A DNA stretch of 63,956 bases, filler included, from Octopus bimaculoides (GCF_001194135.2; 8 parts of 8 records of this genome joined end to end with filler, not necessarily neighbours in it), one strand, 5' to 3'; counted from the first letter of the whole stretch, positions 39,367 through 51,728 are shown. Notes: generated from the sequence alone by a model not told the origin. Made by a program: numbers and translations.

Positions 39367-39577
39367 CGAGAGGGTGCTGAAAAGTTCTTGGCTCTAAGGG
39401 TATCGTCTGGCTGGAGGCTCAACTTTCTGAGTTCTTTTTATAGGGCTTAGAAGAACTGAAGGACCGTTGCAATGAGTGTGTGAACCTGAGAGGGGAATAC
39501 GTTGAATAAAATCATAGTTAACTGATTCTCCTGTATTTTCTTGTATCCAAAGCCAGGAACTTTTCAGCACCCCCTCG
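39367..39577. mobile_element. Mariner-derived MITE with TA target duplication
   Basis: TA|CGAGAGGGTGCTGAAAAGTTCTTGGCT ... AGCCAGGAACTTTTCAGCACCCCCTCG|TA; internal GLEELKDRCNECVNLRGEYVE* is a mariner transposase C-terminus. Confidence 0.93.
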
Positions 39578-40234
39578 TATTATTTTGCCTGGGAGCAGTT
39601 GGCGATTGGTGATAGGAAGGACATCCAGCCGTAGAAAATCTTTCTCAACTAATTCTGTCTGACTCATGCAAGCTTGGAAACAGAGCATATTAAGCGATGA
39701 TGTCTAAATGAATGCGTTTCCAGGATTGATCTGTTGATCAATTCGAAACCGTATTGGTCGCAAAGTAAGCTTCTTAACCAAACAGCCATGCTTGCATCTA
39801 AAATGGAGAACACTAACATGGCAGTATTGGGATGGTATACAAATATATATGAAGCGAAAACATATTTTGGCAACCTATTTGACAGTCGGCTAAATATACA
39901 AGCTAATTACTTAATTTCTGTTCGTTTAATTATCCCTCATGTTGTATATTTATTCTATTCCGTTTGCTAATAAAAATGTATTAAGATTATGTAAATAAGT
40001 AAATGTTAATAGTAACAGAACATAAACATGCTTTTGTCTTTGTTACTTTTTATGGAGGGTGGGTGTATTTTTCGTTCATTTATTTAATTAGTTCGTATCA
40101 CGTGATATGTTAAGTCGTCATGTAAATGACAAGGGTCAGAGAACTGCCGTAAGACGATATTAGTTATATAAATAAATATATTTATAATACTTATATATGT
40201 GTGTGTTTATATACATAAGTATGTAAATATAAAT

Positions 40235-40305
<71 letters not shown>

Positions 40306-40422
40306 NNNNNNNNNNNNNNNNNNNNNNNNNNNNNNNNNNNNNNNNNNNNTTAATTAATTAANNNNNNNNNNNNNNNNNNNNNNNNNNNNNNNNNNNNNNN
40401 NNNNNCATGCATACATATATAC

Positions 40423-40495
<73 letters not shown>

Positions 40496-40593
40496 CATAT
40501 GGGAGAATTTACGAAAAAAAACAGCAGCAGATGAGGACAGGTGGTGTAGACAACAAAATTATGTATTAGTTTAATGCTTGGGAATACAGAAAG

Positions 40594-40630
40594 TCTTTAA
40601 CGTTTCGAGCTACGCTCTTCAACAGAAAGA
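40594..40630 (-). ncRNA. Hammerhead motif (family E), core CUGUUGA
   Basis: UCUUU-CUGUUGA-A-GAGC-GUA-GCUC-GAAAC-GUU-AAAGA; 5-bp stem I, palindromic ACGU stem III. Lies in a family E copy at about 40501-40650. Confidence 0.65.
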
Positions 40631-41429
40631 ATACAAAGAAAACAAGGAGTGTGTGTGTGTGTGTGTATGTATATACATATATACATTCATATACATATAT
40701 GTAGTAGGTATCTGTCAGCCTTGAGAGACCATGGATCTGTACCCTGAGAAATTTGCAGCTGGCGGTGGTGGTGGTAGTGCAGCATCTGCTGTAGTCTTAG
40801 GGGCCCACAGAGGAATGGCAGTAACGCATACAGCGACTGCATTTGAAAGGGATCTCTACCATCATTACTGGTTTCTCCTTCCATTATGTATGCTTTCTCC
40901 TTCCATTATGTATGCTTTCCACTCCAAGAGCATAGTGGGTGCTTTTACGTGCCACTGGCACGAAGGCCAGTCAGGTGGCACTGGCAACGGCCATGCTCAA
41001 AATGGTGTATTTTATGTGCCACCTCTACTAGAGCCACTCCAGCGGTACTGGCAATGATCTCACTTGAATGTTTTTTCCCATGCCACTGGCCCAAGTGCCA
41101 GGAAGGCGTTGCTGGTAACAATCACGCTCAAATGGTGCTATTTACGTGCCACCGGCACAGAAGCCAGGCAGCTGCTCTGGCAATGATCACGCTCGGATGG
41201 TGCTCTTAGCGCTCCACTGGTACAGGTGCCATCATGATTTCGAATTCACTTGCCCCAACAGGTTTTCGCAAGCCAAGTTCAGTGTTCAATGAAGGAGAGG
41301 TTGGCATGGGTGCCAGTCGTAGAATTTAGTTTGATTTCGATTCTTTTATCTTTTACCATTTTCAGTCATTTGACTGCAACCATACTGGAGCACTGCCAAA
41401 AGCAGAAATCCTATGATATTATTTAATCC

Positions 41430-41535
41430 CCATTACACATGTTTCATTTTCCAATAGGAATCACAAAATATTTACATATTATATAGACATGTAAATCTTC
41501 GCAATTCTTATTGGAAAATGAAACAGGTGTCATGG
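41430..41535. other. ~105-nt hairpin (small foldback element or pre-miRNA-like)
   Basis: tgtttcattttccaataggaat (41440-61) pairs with attcttattggaaaatgaaaca (41504-25), with one G-U. Inner ATTTACAT/ATGTAAAT helix and outer acac/gtgt extension. Confidence 0.7.
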
Positions 41536-41964
41536 AGAATAAATAATACCAAAAATTTCCCATTTCCCATTTTCTTGTTTTGTTTATTCAACAACTCTAC
41601 AAATAATATTTCCATATTCTTCAATTTTAATGTATATTTTAATTTACATACAACACTAATTATAGATACATATTAATTGTAATAATGGAATAAGTAGATG
41701 GTGCTTCAAAAGGAAACAGCTGGGACTTACTCTTATTACCTGTGTGTGTGCATGTGTGTGTGTGATGAGTATAAAGGGATAAGTTGTCTAGGTGGACACC
41801 ATAAGAGTTCTCAATTATTGTCCAGGTTACAGCTGACCACATCACATGTGTCAGTCATTTTAACTAAGTAATTATGTGCTATAATTATTAGCTGTTAAAT
41901 TAAAATAAAAGTTTGAAGATGCACCAATTTCCATATTCCTTGTAATAGTTTTGGATATATATGC

Positions 41965-42002
<38 letters not shown>

Positions 42003-42039
42003 CTACACATGCATACATACATATATATATGTATGTATT

Positions 42040-42450
42040 ACTCTTTTCTCTCTCTCTCTCTTTTACTTGTTTCAGTCATTTGACTGTAGCCATGCTGGAG
42101 CACTGCCTTTAGTCGAGCAAATTGACCCCGGAACTTATTCTTTGTAAGCCTAGTACTTATTCTATTGGCCTCTTTTGCCAAACCGCTAAGTGGCGAGGAC
42201 ATAAACACACCAACATCGGTTGTCAAGCAATGCTGGGTGGACAAACACAGACACACAAACATACACACACACATATATATGTACATATATATGACAGGCT
42301 TCTTTCAGTTTCCGTCTACCAAATCCACTCACAAGGCTTTGGTCGGCCCGAGGCTATAGTAGAAGACACTTGCCCAAGGTGCCACGCAGTGGGACTGAAC
42401 CCAGAACCATGTGTTTGGTAAGCCAGCTACTTACCACACAGCCACTCCTG
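42040..42450 (-). mobile_element. Full-length SINE family B (tRNA-like head, central microsatellite, tail ending in (GTAAAAGA)n)
   Basis: Head gagtggctgtgtggtaagtagc..gggttcagtcccactgcgtggcaccttgggcaagtgtcttc and tail gatagaataagtactaggc..ccagcatggc.cagtcaaatgactgaaac. Many half copies occur across the window. Confidence 0.9.
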
Positions 42451-42834
42451 GTATCTGCTACGACTGCGGTTTTACTTGGCTTGATGGAACTTCTTCTGAA
42501 GCACAATATAATGCCAAAGGCCTTGGTCATTGCCTCTATGAGACCCAACACTCGAAAGCAACTCAGCCACTCTGCCTCCATGAGGCCCCACACTCAGAAT
42601 GAACTCAACCACTTTGCCTTTGTAAAGGGTTTGCCATTAGAAAGAGAAACCTGGTGTGTGGGGACCATGTGAAAATAGACATTGGAATTTGGTGCAGTTT
42701 TCTCTGCCTTGCGACTTTCTCTCAAGAATGAGACTCAAATCTTAAATGATGATGCTGATAGTGATGACACTGAGGATGAAGTTGGCTGCGGTGACAACAA
42801 CACTGACTGACTCCTAATTTTTCTGATATACTCT

Positions 42835-43060
42835 TTTACTCTTTTACTCTTTTACTTGTTTCAGTCATTTGACTGCGGCCATGCTGGAGCACCGCCTTTA
42901 GTCGGGCTAATCGACAACAGGACTTATTCTTTGGAAGCCTAGTACTTATTCTATCGGTCTCTTTTGCCGAACCGCTAAGTTACGGGGACGTAAACACACC
43001 AGCATCGGTTGTCAAGCGATGTTGGGGGGGACAAACATAGACACGCAAACATATACACAC

Positions 43061-43138
<78 letters not shown>

Positions 43139-43290
43139 GACGGGCTTCTTTCAGTTTCCGTATACCAAATCCACTCACAAGGCTTTGGTCGGCCTGAGAC
43201 TATAGTAGAAGACACTTGCCCAAGGTGCCACGCAGTGGGACTGAACCCAGAACCATGTGGTTGGTAAGCAAGCTACTTACCACACAGCCA
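42835..43290 (-). mobile_element. Full-length SINE family B
   Basis: Near-identical to 42040-42450 with a longer (AT)(AC) centre. Confidence 0.9.
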
Positions 43291-43879
43291 TTTCTCTGTA
43301 TCCTACATTTGTCTAAAAGTACTCACTCACCCGGTAAATAAATTTAGAATAAAACCAAGCACTCAAAGACTGCATAAGAATTTACAAAGAAATTAGATTG
43401 TATGTTGATTTAACTTAGCCATGTTAATTTCTTTCTGTTAAACAGATTCAAAGTTTACCTGTGTGAGTTGAGCAGAGCAGCTTCAGATAAAGTATTTTGC
43501 TGAAGAAGACAACATGCTTCCTGGTTTGGGAATTGAACCCATGGTCTAACAATTGTAAGTATATCACTCAACCGCAAGGCTGCGTGCCTTCACACACACA
43601 TATACACATATATATATATTTTCAAATATGAATTAGCAGCAACACTAGTGTTGTAAACATTATTGACTACACAGGCTAAAGGTATGTGCTTTGTTTGTTC
43701 CCCAGTAGGCTGTGATTTGGTGCAGTGGAGATGATTCCCTGAAAGCAACAGGTGTTAAAACACCTGAAAGTCATACACAGGTGAGACAACTCACCCCAAA
43801 TCCCATCCAGGTGTGATAGGGGTGATTTTCCTTATCTGTCTACCACACAGTCACTCCTACGCCTATATATATATATCTT

Positions 43880-45200
43880 GCCGTCTATGCCAAGTAAATT
43901 TTACATTATATGGTTTTGCATGCCTTACTATGAACCAATTAATGCTGTACTTCATTTTATCCTCCTTCAGTTGCCATACAAAATCTGCCAAAGATGTTGA
44001 ATGTCTCTTATTGATCGTCTTAAAGCTGGCAACAGGGTTACGATAACAATTCTTAAAGAATCAGCCGTCTACCCAATGTAAACATATGGCCCTCCCCTTA
44101 TGTGCCTGGTACATTTATATACAACATTTGTACTCATACAGAGATTCATCAAAGGACATTTTGATTTATCTCTGCATGAGCATCTATCGTATTTATCTCC
44201 ATATAAAGGCAGTCCTGACTTGATTAACCGGCGTTTTTGCCGTGTTAGCTGTATCATAAGTATTTCTACTACTACAATTTGGCCGTAATTGGTGTTTACC
44301 AATGTGGTTTACATCTCCTTGGTTGGTATTTAGATGCAAATGTTCGCTAGATCCAGTAGGTGGGATATTGAACCTTTGCCGCATTTTGCTATTGTTTATG
44401 CGATGCATAAGCTGCTCTAAATTAGCAGAGTTGGCATACGATACCTTCATGGTGTGTCGATTAAAAATAGCATGATATCGCTTAAATTTAGGAAAACACC
44501 TGTTCAAAGCAACAAAAAATTTTCCAGCGATCCTGGTTGAAACATGCGAACCGAAAATCGGGTTGAACCAGGGGACATCCTGATCCCTATATCGGTTGTT
44601 TGGCTTATTTGATCGAGTGTGTTGTACAGGATTGGAACAAGCAGCTGGATTATTATGTCACATGTGTCTATGAATTTCCGTTGGTAGTTCATTGATATGA
44701 CCAATTCTTTCTGGCCTGTATTTTTTATCTGAGTGAGTTCCTAAACCGTAACTTTGTGGTAGTGTACAATGTGCATCACAATTAGAGAAATTACCAGTGT
44801 TGTGTATGCCTGCTTCTTGTATATATATCGAATTTTTCCATGGTACCCAGCCCTAGCTAGAGCAGCATTATAATAAGATGCATGAGATTCAAAAATTTTA
44901 TTCTTACCAGACAATCTAGAAATTCTTGTAGAAATATTCTCAACTACTCGCCATATAATCGAAGGTGGATGGTTGGAAGCTATGTTAATGTGCTTAATAT
45001 GATCATTTGGCTTATGAAATGATTCAGATAATCCAGTATTAAGACAGGAGGTGCTGTCAAGAAAATTCACCTGACTGTTATCTTTATCCATAGTAATGTT
45101 TAATCCTAAATTTTTGAAAAGTCTAAAGAAATTTCTCCTATGCCTTTCTGACTGTACTTTGCTATTTCTGTCCAGAAAAAGATAAGGCATCATCCTTATA
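43880..45200 (-). mobile_element. Penelope-like element: RT C-terminus plus GIY-YIG endonuclease, pseudogenised
   Basis: YKDD at 45189-45200, GLNITMDKDNSQVNFLD, INIASNHPPSII, AIFNRHTMKVSY, CSCRDKSKCPLMNLCMSTNVVYKC..YVYIG, HSTSLADFVWQLKE..KYSINW. Confidence 0.88.
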
Positions 45201-45307
45201 TATCTATNNNNNNNNNNNNNNNNNNNNNNNNNNNNNNNNNNNNNNNNNNNNNNNNNNNNNNNNNNNNNNNNNNNNNNNNNNNNNNNNNNNNNNNNNNNNN
45301 NNNNNNN

Positions 45308-45343
<36 letters not shown>

Positions 45344-45666
45344 GATCGTCGTTATCATCATCGTCGTCGTCGTCGTCGTTGTCGTCGTCGTCATCATCAA
45401 CATCATCATCATCATCACCGTCATGTTCGTAGTCGTTTCATTCTCACAGCGGACATGCCGTCATTTTTATGCACGCATGCAAGTGTGCATCAGTGTTTGA
45501 GAGTGAAGAGTGTGTGCGTGTATGCGTAAGCGACTATGTATGTTTACTTGCACAGGAGTGTATAGAAGGGACTATGCATATATGTGTGTATATACATGTA
45601 TATATATATAAACATAAATATATGTTCATATATATATATATATAAATACAAATACACACATATATG

Positions 45667-45697
<31 letters not shown>

Positions 45698-46248
45698 CTG
45701 TATATATATATACATACACATTGAAAAAATGCATATGCATTTATATATATATATATANNNNNNNNNNNNNNNNNNNNNNNNNNNNNNNNNNNNNNNNNNN
45801 NNNNNNNNNNNNNNNNNNNNNNNNNNNNNNNNNNNNNNNNNNNNNNNNNNNNNNNNNNNNNNNNNNNNNNNNNNNNNNNNNNNNNNNNNNNNNNNNNNNN
45901 NNNNNNNNNNNNNNNNNNNNNNNNNNNNNNNNNNNNNNNNNNNNNNNNNNNNNNNNNNNNNNNNNNNNNNNNNNNNNNNNNNNNNNNNNNNNNNNNNNNN
46001 NNNNNNNNNNNNNNNNNNNNNNNNNNNNNNNNNNNNNNNNNNNNNNNNNNNNNNNNNNNNNNNNNNNNNNNNNNNNNNNNNNNNNNNNNNNNNNNNNNNN
46101 NNNNNNNNNNNNNNNNNNNNNNNNNNNNNNNNNNNNNNNNNNNNNNNNNNNNNNNNNNNNNNNNNNNNNNNNNNNNNNNNNNNNNNNNNNNNNNNNNNNN
46201 NNNNNNNNNNNNNNNNNNNNNNNNNNNNNNNNNNNNNNNNNNNNNNNN

Positions 46249-46298
<50 letters not shown>

Positions 46299-46589
46299 CA
46301 TACACATGCACATACTCGTGTGTGTATTAATATGCATGTTCAAAAAAATATGTATACATATGAATTTATGCACACACATTATATATACATACATGTATAC
46401 ACATATATATATGTATGTATATGTAAATGTGGATATATATATATATGTATATGTAAATGTGTCTATATCTATATATATATATATATACATATATATCAGA
46501 GAAGAATAGCTGAAAGTGTTATACATGTATGTATGTATGTATATATGTATGTATATATATATGTATATATAAATAATATCCGCTTGCGA

Positions 46590-46730
46590 TGAGTTTGATG
46601 TGAATAGTATTGGGTGTGCAAGGTAGGGGCTGGTCCTGCGAGTTTTATATCACATGACCAGGCTTGGAAATGAATCATCGTGCTACAAGGAAGAACTATC
46701 TTTTTGGATATTCTTTGGGAGTGTCTGCAG
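46590..46730 (+). mobile_element. Possible RLE-type LINE C-terminal remnant
   Basis: [28 protein letters not shown] loosely resembles the VGCRGF..AEKASFWLW end of HERO/R2-group ORFs. Confidence 0.3.
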
Positions 46731-46939
46731 AGAGCCAGGCAGTAGCATAGAGGGAGAAAGAACTTGTGTTCCCGGAAACTTCCACCGGTGGGGCGAGATA
46801 GCAACTGGTGATGCTGTGATAGACGTTGTTGTATTGATGCTGTTGTTTAACCCCTGGTCAGTCCTGATCTGATCCAACAGGCTTCTGATCAAGCATGTTC
46901 CAGATGTGACACAGTGTATCTCGGACTACACCATCTTTA

Positions 46940-47570
46940 CTCTCTCTTTTACTCTTTTACTTGTTTCAGTCATTTGACTGCGGCCATGCTGGAACACCGC
47001 CTTTAGTCAAGCAAATGGACCCTGGGACTTATTCTTTGTAAGCCTAGTACTTATTCTATTGGTCTCTTTTGCCGAACCACTGAGTTACGGGGACGTAAAC
47101 ACACCAGCATCGATTGTCAAGCGATGGTGGGGGGGGACAAACACAAACACACATCGAAACGCTTAGTTTAGAATAGGGGTAGCTGATGAAGGAAATATTC
47201 TCTATGTGGCCTGTTTGTTTTCTGTTTTCTGTTTATGTTCTGTTTTTCATTTTGTCCACGTTTTTTTGCGACGTCCTGTACCCAGATATGCATCTATATA
47301 TACATGTAGATGCAGGTATGTACATACATGTACGTATATATGCATATACTCACATATTATTTCTATTATTATATATATATATATATACATATATACACGA
47401 CAGGTTTCGTTCAGTTTCTGTCTACCAAATCCACTCACAAGGCTTTGGTTGGCCCAAGGCTATAGTAGAAGACACTTTCCCAAGGTGCCACACAGTGGGA
47501 CTGAACCCGGAACCATGTGGCTGGTAAGCAAGCTACTTACCACACAGCCACTCCTGCGCCTATCAGATTA
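46940..47570 (-). mobile_element. SINE family B interrupted at its central microsatellite by a family F insertion (about 47153-47390)
   Basis: B tail at 46940-47150 and B head at 47395-47570 are in register and in the same orientation. Confidence 0.85.
47153..47310 (+). mobile_element. Family F repeat with permuted hammerhead-core halves, 5'-truncated
   Basis: TC-GAAAC-GC at 47154-62, CTGATGA-A-GG at 47183-92, then a T-rich tract and gtcctgtacccagatatgcat; homologous to 62480-62690. Confidence 0.7.
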
Positions 47571-48022
47571 AAAAAGAGCTTTGTATATCTTAATTTTGAA
47601 AAATACAATAATTTTAAAAAAACCACATTATTTATGGGATGACCCAATATTTAGCCTTAAATTGAACCCTCAGCGAAATACATTTTCGTCAATTATATAT
47701 ATTAATAGTTGCTCAAAAACGCTGGCAGACCAGCAGAACTGTTAGCATGCTGGGCAAAATGCTGTTCAGCTTATATATGTACGCTTAGTAATATTTTTCT
47801 CATCTTTACATTCTGAGTTCAAATGTCACCAACGCCGACTTTGCCTTTCATCCTTTCTGGGTGAATAAAATAAATACCATTTGAAGATTGGGATCAATGT
47901 TATCACTTACCCCATGTCCTGGAACTGTTGGCCCTGTGTCAAAATTCCAAATAAATATTTACTCTGAAATATTTGACAGTAACTACGAAGTGTCAATATC
48001 TGGTGTATCAACAGCCATTATA

Positions 48023-48233
48023 CAGGGTGTCCACAAAGTCTGGGTACATGGGGATTGACACTTACTTTAAGAAATTATTATTTCTTATAATTTAATTGTT
48101 TATGTTATGATTTTATTTACTCCATGTACCCACATGGGGATTAACACATACTTTGAGAAATTATTATTTCTTATATTTAATTGTTTATGTTATGATTTTA
48201 TACTCCATGTACCCAGACCTTGTGGACACCCTG
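48023..48233. mobile_element. Tc1/mariner-type MITE with an internal ~80-bp tandem duplication
   Basis: TA|CAGGGTGTCCACAAAGTCTGGGTACATGG ... CCATGTACCCAGACCTTGTGGACACCCTG|TA; the internal block catggggatt..gaaattattatttctta..ttatgatttta..ctccatgtaccca is repeated. Confidence 0.92.
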
Positions 48234-49080
48234 TATATTGGTTTCAAATTTTGGTACATGCCAGCTGTTTTGAGAAAGCTGTCTTAAGTCAATTACATCA
48301 ATCCCAGAGCTCAGTCGTTGCTTGTTTTATTGCCCTTGGAAGGATGAAAAGCAAAGTTGATTCCAGTGGCATTTGAACTCAGAATGTAAAACTAGACCAT
48401 ATGCAGTAAAGTATTTAGCCTGGTATGCTAAGGATTCTACCAGCGCACCAACGTACAGTCATTACATATTGATAAATATATATATGTGTATATACTCATA
48501 CATACATACATACATACATACTGGTCCTCGTGCTGGTGGCATGTAAAAGCACCCACTACACTCTCGAAGTGGTTGGCATTAAGAAGGGCATCCAGCTGTA
48601 GAAACTCTGCCAGATCAGATTGGAGCCTGGTGCAGCCATCTGGTTTGCCAGTCCCCAGTCAAATCATCCAACCCATGCTAGCATGGAAAGCAGACGTTAG
48701 ACGATGTTGATATATATATATATAAATCTGAGGGTAGCAAACAAAATTTTAGAAATTCCATTTGCCACCAGTGGTCTAGTGAGGAGAAAAAATTAGTCAA
48801 TAGACTATATATTATTCATTTAAAATACAGTGTACATTTAAACACATCAGAGATGTCCATAATAGGACATCTAACCCGCTACAAGGAGCAGTCAAAAACT
48901 CCAAACCAGAAATTAGGGATAATTTCGAAAGGGAATGAAAAATAAAAACATTTACCATCTATATNNNNNNNNNNNNNNNNNTACATATATATATATATAT
49001 ACATATATATACATATATATGTAGATAGATAGATAGATAGATAGATGGATATGATGCTTCACCTTTGGGCTGAAAAATAT

Positions 49081-49120
<40 letters not shown>

Positions 49121-49393
49121 AAATATATATATATATACATGTAATGTATTCGATATATATAAATTATATACACAATATATATATAATAATTATAATATTG
49201 TATTATGTGTTCTTATGTATGTGGTTGTATGTGTATGTATATATAATTGCAACATGAATTTGCATGCCTGTGTGTTCATCATTTTGTGTATATATCTATA
49301 TTTATATACATACACATTTCTATCTATCTATCTATATGTGTGTGTGTATGTATATATAGAGAGATAGATAGATAGACAAGCAGACAGACAGAC

Positions 49394-49437
<44 letters not shown>

Positions 49438-50441
49438 TGATTGATATACATACATACAAAGTATATATCGATAATTGATATATATAAATTTGTGTGTGTG
49501 TGTGTGTGTGTGTGTGTATTAACAGTACACATGAACTCGCACAATTGAAGATCTCCCTGTCCATTTACCCATTCCCAAAGAGTATTGTCCCACCCTGTCC
49601 GTTCCAAAGATGCCCCCCACCATGTGCCCAGCCCTGCTCCTCTCCCCTTACATGAAAGAAGCGTCGGACATTTCTAACAAATGATGTCGACTTTCTGGAA
49701 TCATCTATTGTGATATACACACACACTTGTAGATGTATGTGGGATATGCATGTATATATATGTATATATATATAATAGATGTGTATATACACACACATAT
49801 TCTCATACACACATATATGTCTATACTTATATGTGTATACACACTGACATACATATATGCATGTATGTATATGTATATATATATATATACATAAATTCAC
49901 GTATATACATCNNNNNNNNNNNNNNNNNNNNNNNNNNNNNNNNNNNNNNNNNNNNTTAATTAATTAANNNNNNNNNNNNNNNNNNNNNNNNNNNNNNNNN
50001 NNNNNNNNNNNTTCTTTAATTTTGTTATTCTTATATAAAATAATATTGATTTAGTTTGTGGTTACTGCAATGCTTCACTTTAAAACTCATCGTTGTCATC
50101 ATCTTTCTTTAATGATTAGTTTAGCATTCATCGAGCAAAATACATCAGAGCACTGAACATACCATTTTTCTGGACGTAGATCATCTCAATTGGTCCTCTT
50201 TTACTTGCTTCAACCACTGGACTACGACCATACTTGGTTACCACCTTGAAATGTCAAACAAATAGACCCCACCACTTATTTTTATATCTGGTACTTATTT
50301 TGTCGGCCACCTTTGCGAAACCACTAAGCTATGGGGTCTTATTCCAGCAACACTTCTTGTGAAGCGGGGGTTAGGGTCAAATACATCCACCAATCCACCC
50401 ATCCATCCATGTGTACATACATACATACATACATACATACA

Positions 50442-50474
<33 letters not shown>

Positions 50475-50514
50475 GTTGTTTCTCTCTAAATTGACAAAAC
50501 TTTATTTTTTTCAG

Positions 50515-50655
50515 CTTACTGCCCGATTCAGCGAACCTTTCAAGGAACAGCCAACTCACGTTTTCCCCAGAAATAAATATTTGACGCTACACTATACATT
50601 GAGTGCTTTCTCCAGTTACGGCTCGTTGTTTTCTGATGCTGAAAACATTATATGA
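50515..50655 (+). CDS. Candidate terminal coding exon (LTARFSEPFKEQPTHVFPRNKYLTLHYTLSAFSSYGSLFSDAENII*), possibly of the 20316-32446 gene
   Basis: Acceptor tttatttttttcag, phase 0 fits the 32446 donor, TGA at 50653-55, AATAAA at about 50727. The FSDAE motif also occurs in the 26286 exon. Linkage across 18 kb is unproven. Confidence 0.4.
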   Translation, partial: LTARFSEPFKEQPTHVFPRNKYLTLHYTLSAFSSYGSLFSDAENII

Positions 50656-51536
50656 ATGTGTGTGATTGTATGTGTGCCATATATATGTGTACATACGTGC
50701 CCATACATATGCACCTAAATAGATATAATAAAACAAATGTTCACCTATAGGTACACAGTCTCTATCTTTTTTCCAACTAGAATCTATTTTTCCTAAATTA
50801 AGGAAAGAATGGCAGGCATGGTGTAGCAGAACTAGAAAGTTATAGGAAAATGTCGTTTAAATTCTTCGCAAAGTTTAGCCTATCAGTCACAATAGAAACG
50901 AATTACAGATCTGCTCCTTTTCTACAAGTACCTGGCTGAAATGTTAGATTATATGCACCTTACCATAAACCAAACGAGAATCTTAGGAACGTTAAAACAC
51001 TTGAAAGCGTTTCGCATAGAATGCTGAGATTGTCTGCGACAATTGAAGCCTTCTTGTCAAATGCAGGTTACTATAAGAAAGTATTGGATAGAGTGAGCTA
51101 TACAAAATATAGTCACATCCAAAATAGTGAATTAGTGTACAATGCATCTTGCATGAACTCATGAACTCTACAGTGTGACCATCATAATTGTAATGTCCCA
51201 CAATTGGTAGACAAAAGTAGGAGGTCTTGATGAGGAATTAATGAGGATATAATTAACAGTAAGAGTGATTGGAGAAATCGGATTATAAATGATATGCAAT
51301 GCTATAAGAGACATACTAGCGGAACCGGATACCTTGGCTATAAGTAATACCGAGAGAGGGGAAAGGATGGAAATGGAGAAATAGTAAGATATAACAGGGA
51401 ACGAAAAAGTTTAGGTGACGGAAAGACATCAAACAGGTATTATATAAACACAACCTAAGGTAGTGGTGTGAATTATAATAGGCAAAATACTGCACACAAT
51501 AAGAAAAACTATAGTAAAATAGGGAAATGATTACGT

Positions 51537-51720
51537 AAGAAAGAAACAATATGGTACAATCCAGTATTCTAACTTTATGAATTCTCTCAAATTGCTTTCT
51601 CTTTCTTCAGTGCATTGGAAAATCACTTTCCTGAATTTACTATATATCATAAAATATTTAATAGACATATCGTTAATCTGTCTTACGCAACTTCCCCTAT
51701 TATAGAGTATACCTCTCTAA
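51537..51720 (+). mobile_element. Penelope-like ORF fragment directly upstream of a hammerhead
   Basis: KKETIWYNPVF*..FFSALENHFPEFTIYHKIFNRHIVNLSYATSP, the same region as FFVALNRCFPKFKRYHAIFNRHTMKVSYA in the 43880-45200 element. Confidence 0.8.
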
Positions 51721-51728
51721 ATGGAATA

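Noticed and set aside
43446-43555. Exon-like segment with strong acceptor and donors
   Set aside because: It overlaps a reverse-oriented tRNA-SINE head, and all frames stop over the full length.
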